From positions 7,998,001 through 8,062,000 of the forward strand of contig OZ059895.1 in the NCBI GenBank assembly GCA_964057225.1: 64,000 bases of DNA. Reading direction: 5' to 3'. The notes below the pieces were generated by a model. It saw nothing but the letters and a program-made list of their open reading frames with translations, was not told the origin of the DNA and ran no database searches. Position numbers and translations under genes: made by a program. Shown one piece after another: positions 57,043 through 64,000 of the stretch. The DNA comes from Auanema rhodensis (Eukaryota > Animalia > Nematoda). The first letter of the stretch is position 1. Every line of letters begins with the position of its first letter.

Positions 57043-59822
57043 TCAATTGTCGGAGAAGCGCTTATTCATTGTAAGAATATGCTCACACAGAACTTGTGAT
57101 CGAGTTTCTTCAGGATATGCAGCCATAACATTAACAACAACGGTCTAAAATAATAAAAATAAAATTAAAAAATTGAATACTATTAAAGAACCTCAGGGAA
57201 TATTTGGCACAGATTGTAATGAAGCCTACTTCTCTCTTGCTCTTTTATTTTCTGGGTATCTGATGAACTGAAATGGAAACATAACTAAAAATTAAAGACG
57301 GAAGACTAATTGTATGAAATCATGCTAAGATACTAAATTATTTCGTAAACATATGCTACAGAAGTCAGGTGATCTATGCTCAAATCATATGCTAATCATA
57401 TTTTATGTGTGAAAACATACTTATTCGTGTTTAATGGACCGACACTCAGTTCAGAATGTCCCCATACAGCAGTTGATGGGGCGTATAAGTTGTATTGTAG
57501 CTGATATGAATTATCTTGAGCTTCTTTGTTATATCTGAATGGTATAGGCATCGACTGATTCCGGCCAACGGCAGCATGCCAAGGCTGAGGATATGAGGAG
57601 ATAGGTACAGTATCATTCTGTAATATTATTATTAGTACATCATTAAGAATGTTGGAAGCTTTGTAGGATTAAATTGTATCCTTACCGTAATTGTATTGTC
57701 TTGATTGATTCCTGCTTCTAATCGCATATTCAAAGACTGTGTTCGGACAACAGGCGAATGCAGAGGTTTTAGTGTGTCAATTTGGCCGAAAGAGCCTAAA
57801 ATAACATATGTTGTCTTGAATAACTCTAGAAGTTTTCAGCTTACGTCCTGAGGTTACAGGTTTCTTTTGGTTTTTGTCTCTCATGAGTCGATCGGTTACG
57901 CTGACATGAACACCATTTGGGCGTTCTGGATGGAAATACCTTTAAAAGAAACATATGAGATGAATTCGTTGATTAAACAAAAACATACTTGCACTTATTA
58001 CCATATGTACATTTTCTAGCATATGGACATAGCAAAGTATTGGAATTCGAAGAATTTTTTGATAAAAATTGATTCAAAGTGGGACCATGACGTCCAAGAG
58101 GATCGTCTGGTGGCACAAATCTGAACAAGTTGAGTATTACTTATATAAAATGGAGAAAAACGTACTTTCCATCAACAAATGAATACATGAGCAGACGGGT
58201 TTCAACTAATTTACCATATTGTGGGTTTTCACGTACCAAATCCCTAAAGATGAGAACAAACGTAAAACTCGAAGAACCATTAAAATGCTTGCCTGTATTC
58301 ATCATTGGAGACGACAACGGCATCTTTCTCTTCAGCAATTTTCAGAATATATCGATCATCATGACACACAATACGACGTCCGTTCACTCTTCTGGAAGGT
58401 GTCCAACAGATACGTTTCTGACGATCAAGTTCAGATAGGACATGCTGATCAGTAATAGGAGAATGAGCTCTTGCAGCTTCACGTCGAAATTGTGGGATGA
58501 AGACAAGAATATCGTTATGTCCTCGATCTACAAAAAATTGGACACAATCACGGATTCCGGCACAAGAAAATACTTCTTTACGACCGTGTCTGAAAAAAAA
58601 AAGTTTTTTTACCGATATGAGACGATATGATAACTCACGACATAGCTATATTAGAACCATCAATGACAATTGATCTGAGTTGATTTGTTGATGTTGTTGT
58701 AGATGAAGTATTTGGAACTGTATTTATTGGATTAGCTGTTGATGTCGGAGCAGGTTGTGAGCCATTTGATCGAGTTTGGCGTAATGGTGGACGAGCAATA
58801 GTTTCGGAAGTTGCTTGGCCGACAGTAACCAATTCCGATAGAATTCGATCCTAACATTTAATTATATTTCTCAATATTTGAAAGTTATTCTAAGTTACCT
58901 GTCCAGCGTCAGCTCCAACTTTTCTCAAAACAGTCATCAACTGATCTTCTGTAAATCCAAGATTGTGTGCAAATGCTAGAAGTTCAGCTGGTATTCCCTT
59001 TTGAGCTGCTTGATCCGCGATGTCACCCTCATCTACAACACAAGTAAAGATAAGTTGAATTTTGTTAATCAAAGACATCTAAATTAATTTAAATATCATT
59101 TATTTTCTTATTCTTTTCATAAAAGTTTGCAAAAATGAACCAAATAGTTCCGGTAAACTTCATATTACAATTATGAGTTAAAAGCCCTATTATTACTGAA
59201 TTGAGATCGTTTATCTTTTAGAGCTCATAATCATTGAAAATCAAAAAATATATTTTATTATATGATTTATATAATTAGACGGTCAGTTACCCCCTAATTA
59301 CTTTCAAATTTTTAAATAAAGAAAAACATTTCAATTTTCTTTTCGATATTGTTTGATAGATATGCAATGAATACAACATGTAGTTTGGTTTATTGGTTTG
59401 TTAAATAACGTACCTAAGTTCATCTGATATAGTTGTTTAGATAATCCATCTGAACTTTCACGGCTTAATGATATATGACTTTCCTCGGAGCATGAAGAAT
59501 AGCAAGAATCATTTTCCAATTGTTGTTGTTGATGATCTAACCCCGTGTTCGAATTCCAACACCCTGGGACTGTAGCTGTAGTTGGTAATGGTGATGATAC
59601 TGCCATCATTAACTGTGGCTTTATCCATGTTTCAGCAGTTGATGATGCCGATGGAGTTAAGGACGACGAACAAGATGTTGACGTAGGAGAGCCTGAGGAC
59701 ACTGATGATGTTGGACTCGGAGTTAATGATATCAGTGAAGCTGTAGATATGGATAGACTCGGATCAACCCGTTGTGGATTTCCACGCATCACGCGACGGA
59801 GCGGCGGATGTGCTCGCTTCAT
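57043..59822 (-). CDS. rege-1: Regnase-1/ZC3H12 PIN(NYN) ribonuclease with a CCCH zinc finger
   Basis: [100 protein letters not shown], plus N- and C-terminal helical domains. Confidence 0.96.
59088..59329. repeat. 242-bp direct repeat, copy 2 (inside rege-1 intron 1)
   Basis: Identical by eye to 55715-55956, offset by 3373 bp. Confidence 0.92.
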
Positions 59823-62279
59823 CTTTTAAAGAATACTCTGATGTATAAAAGTCCTCGGGAAAAAAAGGATCTGTGAAAATATGAAGTCGATTGAGTAACA
59901 ACGTAACTATACGGATCTGATACGCAACAACTAGTTACTGAAAATTGTATAAATAAGTATTATTAATGAAGATAAACATAATATTAAGAAACAAATAAAA
60001 AGAAGAAAACATCAATTGTAGGATAGATAAGCTTTGAAAGCGGAATTCAAATATGAAAGCGAAGTAGTGAAGGCTGCGAACACATGCTCGTGCAGAGTTA
60101 ATTATATGCATAAACGATATGAGATTCAAAGGGTTCAAAAGAAAAATTATATAGATGACTTGACCAACTGACGTGATTATCTTATAATATGACTAGAATC
60201 TTATTTCTGCATTTCAATAAGTTATTATTTTATTTTTTAAAAAATTATATTTAGTTTTTTTAAGTTTCTTATATATTGACGATAAAAGGCATAAAAGGCA
60301 TAGTTAGGTATGTGATTCTAATTAGCATATTACTGTAACTTTTTTCATTTATTTTAATAAAGCGTTGGTGAACGGTTGCATGTAAAATGTGTACATATGT
60401 CTCGATTTATTTTGCAAAACAATTGGTGTACCAAAAAAAAATTTAAAAACATTAAAATACTATTAACATATAATTTATAGTTAACCTGTTGAAAGCTTTA
60501 ATCATGTTCGTTCATAATTCGTTTCTTAGAACATTGATGTGATATAAAATGAAATATAATATATATGTGTATATATTATATTATATAATTTAAAAATATG
60601 AATATAGAGAAAAAGAAATAACAGTATTATTGAATATGTGACATTTATTTAACTATTCGTAGTAATGATGATGATGATGGTGATGATGATGTTGATGTAG
60701 TTAGATCACATAGTATAAGAGTGGATATTGTTCAGATATATGGTAAAGCTTGAGTGCTATGAAACGAAAGGCGGTTATTCAATAAAGAGAAGCATGTGAT
60801 GAGATTATTCAAAGCAAAAGAAGAGGATTTGTACATGATAATATACATCTAATAACTGAATGGATCATATACATGTTAATCATTTGGGATTATCAACTCC
60901 ATGGATTAGAACAACATAAATAAAAACGATTAGCCTATGTTCGAAATATATATGTTTAATGAGTTGCAAGGTGTATTTTTCTTTTTCAAGAATATATGAT
61001 GAGAAGAGATCGAACGGGAAAGAGAGAATGAGCGAAAAATCAACAAAAAGTGTTTCGATGACAATGCTTTGGAGGAACAGATCACCTCCAAGGTGAGCCT
61101 TGTTCGACCATATTTGCACCATCAAATCGCAATGTTAAATGAAATTGAGATAAAAATAATATTAAAATAGAAAAATTGAAAATAAAATAAAATAAGAAAT
61201 TATTTGAATTATAAACAAACATGATTAAATATAAATTGAATCATTAAAGATTTCATAAACTTATCAAATTCAATCACAAAAGACATTTTTTGCAGTTATT
61301 TCATGAAAATTGTAGGACGCATGGGAAAGAAATCATCGATCTTTTATTATTTATATTTCAGTTTTATTCAGGAAAGAACGGTGTTTGGTCATTTTTTTTT
61401 GCTTTAAATGCTAGAACATGATATCATCCTCGGCATTTGGAATACATCAAAAGTATAATTAGTAATTGTTACTTATATGAGCTAAAACAGTTATATATCT
61501 TTGAAAAAATTTAGAAATGTCAATTGCTTTGATGTTTGATTGCTTGATGTTAACTAGATGTAAGAGGTAGACATGTGTACGTAAAAGCTTGATTATGAAG
61601 AAGTATATCTTGAAGAAGATGATGATAAAGGATGTTGCATGAATCACAATAAGCTTTTCGTTCATTTAAAAACAAACAAAACAAGGTATGGAGAGCAAAT
61701 GATCAAGATAGCTAACAACATGAGAGCAGCAAGCATACATATTGAAACATGTAATATCGTCGTCATAGCTCAAACTATACACAAGAACAGATGAAATATC
61801 AATATATTACTTTGATACCATCAATGAACTGTACATCACTTGTTTTGAAATTGTTGTTTCAATTATAAATTATCTTTAAGTGTGTACGACTTGAAGCTCG
61901 AGACGATGATCAGAGAGCCAAGTTAGAAATCTTTATCACATATGTTGCTCTCTGATTGCGAAGTGAAGTAGACATTCACGCCGATCAGATGAGGACGAAG
62001 CTGAACCAGCTTCGAATATGGACAAATGCATTCAAGTTGACGAAAAAAAAACTGAATTGTGCTGAAGCACGTTGTCTATCCTTGAATCTACGTTCTCTCG
62101 TTTTTGAAAGCGCCCCGATTGGAAATTTTCAAATTTTGACAGATAGACAAGAAAGAAAAGGACTCCTATTTTCTGGAAGAAGTCTGAAAATGAACTGATT
62201 GTTTGTTTTGTCCCATGCTTACCCTCTCATACTACATACGTTATCTCTAGTCCCTGTTAACCTTTTGCAAAAATCTCTT

Positions 62280-62281
<2 letters not shown>

Positions 62282-62322
<41 letters not shown>
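62282..62322. repeat. (CT)n microsatellite
   Basis: The run is directly visible. Confidence 0.9.
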
Positions 62323-62326
<4 letters not shown>

Positions 62327-64000
62327 CTCTTGCTATATCTCATAACCTCGTTTATTTTATGCCTTATACCTCAATCTGTTATGGTATTTTTTCGATTTTC
62401 TCACATTAACTAGAACTGGATGCATTGAATAGCCAGACAATATAATCTATGCTCTAGAAGTTTGAAGAGCTGGAACTCTCATTGAACTTTTCTCCCAGCT
62501 GTTCGTTTATGAGAAACAGAGAAAAAATACTGATGAATGCTCTGTTTGATGTTATAGAAAAAAGGAAAATTGATCAATGTTTTTAAATATCTGGGAACTT
62601 TCAAGGAATATATTAATATCAGAATCTTGAACAGTGAATTATGTTTGTTACATGTAAATTAAAATAAACTATAGATGAATTATTAATTATAGTTTAAAGA
62701 GAGAAGATGAAAAATGACGTCATATAAGGTTATATTGTCATTGAAGTTGATCAGAATATTGAGAGAGAAATAGAGAGAGAGATTTGTATATTATGCTCAG
62801 AGTGGGAGAAAGAAAGTGGGAGAAAGAAGGATGATCGACTGATAACCGGTACGATCATAAGCAGAATAACGGATAGAAGAAATGTATTAATAAGTAAAAG
62901 CTAATAAAATAGAAAATAATATTCAAAAAAGAATATTATGAGGAGAGGAGTAGAACAACGATAAGATAGTCAAAAATGAAAAAAATATGATTTTGGATAC
63001 TGAAATGCTGTTAAGGATAAATACAGAATATTATCTGATGATGAAAGACTAATAGAAAAATTCTGAAGGAAGAGCCCATCTAATAGAAGTGATGCTAAAA
63101 TGGAGACAGCAACCCAATCTATCGAGATTGACAAGGACGATGAAGAGAATTGAGGAGGGGGGGGGGGAGGCTGTTCAATTCTGGATTCTGTTGATGATCC
63201 TCGGTGGCTCAGTCTCTTTTTTGTTTTCAGAATCTTGCTCTCTCTCTCATGCTGTATTTTCCCATCTACAATATTCTGATGTCTTCATTTCCAGTCTCTG
63301 AATGAGTTGGATAGAGAAAAGATCAGAAGAGCACAGGAAGGTGAACCACAGAATTAACCCTTTGGGATATTTCGCTTTGCTCTGTTTCTCTATTGGCCTC
63401 TCTAGTTTCTGTATCTTCAGCTCTTCCTAAGCAAAGAAAAACAGAAATAGATCAAATTATGGCAGAAAACGGAGTCAAAAGGCTAGAATAAGAATAGATG
63501 AAAAGAAAATATGAGATAAATCAAAGAGGGAAGGAGGGAGTAGAATTAGGAAAGGAGGGAGTAGAATAGAACGACAAACGATAAGACAGGTAGAAAGGAG
63601 CAGCAAGAGACATACAGAGAATGAAGATGAAGAACGGGGGGTGTTCCAGGTCCAGACTGGAAGGCTGTTAGTTGAAGCACGAAAAACGGACCGGTTTCGG
63701 TCCTGAACGCAGAAAGCAAACAGCTCAAGCCACAGAAGAGACCTCTCCGATGGAAAAAAAGAGAAAGGTCAAAGTGAATGATCAAGCTAGCTAAGTGGAA
63801 CGTTCTGAGAAGGCAACATTCTCGAATTATTGTGTTGTCATTCAATCTTTAGAGATCAGTGAATAAGCAGTAGCACAGATTCTCCAAGATAAGAAATGAG
63901 TGAAATGCTCAAAAATCATTTTTTTTTATTTTCTTCATAAAAATGAAATGGTTCATAATAATAGTTACCGCATGAGTACAAACTTGCAGTTGATGCAAGA

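Noticed and set aside
63688-63703. GGACCG-GTTT-CGGTCC hairpin
   Set aside because: A 6-bp stem alone is not evidence of an ncRNA or terminator in a eukaryote.

Overview
This is AT-rich eukaryotic DNA from a rhabditid (clade V) nematode. The evidence is very short introns (mostly 40-50 nt, some 30-34 nt), TTTTCAG-type acceptors, trans-splice-like acceptors abutting start codons, and a clear gpa-15 orthologue. Bases ~1-15.9 kb and ~60-64 kb are gene-poor and rich in (GA)n/(CT)n tracts. Bases ~16.3-59.8 kb hold about 17 intron-containing genes, assembled by hand from splice phases: mitochondrial aspartate aminotransferase, TIPIN, POLR3F/RPC6, a small membrane peptide, TCF25, IBA57, a miniature Sp/btd zinc-finger factor, a CPEB-family gene, a secreted Thr-rich mucin, a vWA-vWA-C-type lectin, gpa-15, an orphan TM/polyQ protein, SRP19, a TMEM53/DUF829 hydrolase, a DAXX-like protein, PCBD and regnase-1/rege-1. 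The most interesting items are: (1) a CPEB gene whose RRM1-RRM2-ZZ module is duplicated and can splice in frame into one double-headed protein; (2) a probable DAXX-type H3.3 chaperone lacking the N-terminal helical bundle; (3) non-canonical splice sites (GC-AG in rege-1, a TTTTCCG acceptor in the lectin); (4) an exact 242-bp duplicate of rege-1 intron sequence; (5) an Sp factor with an altered zinc-finger-2 recognition residue. All gene models and family calls were made by eye with no database search, so exon boundaries may be off by a few bases.
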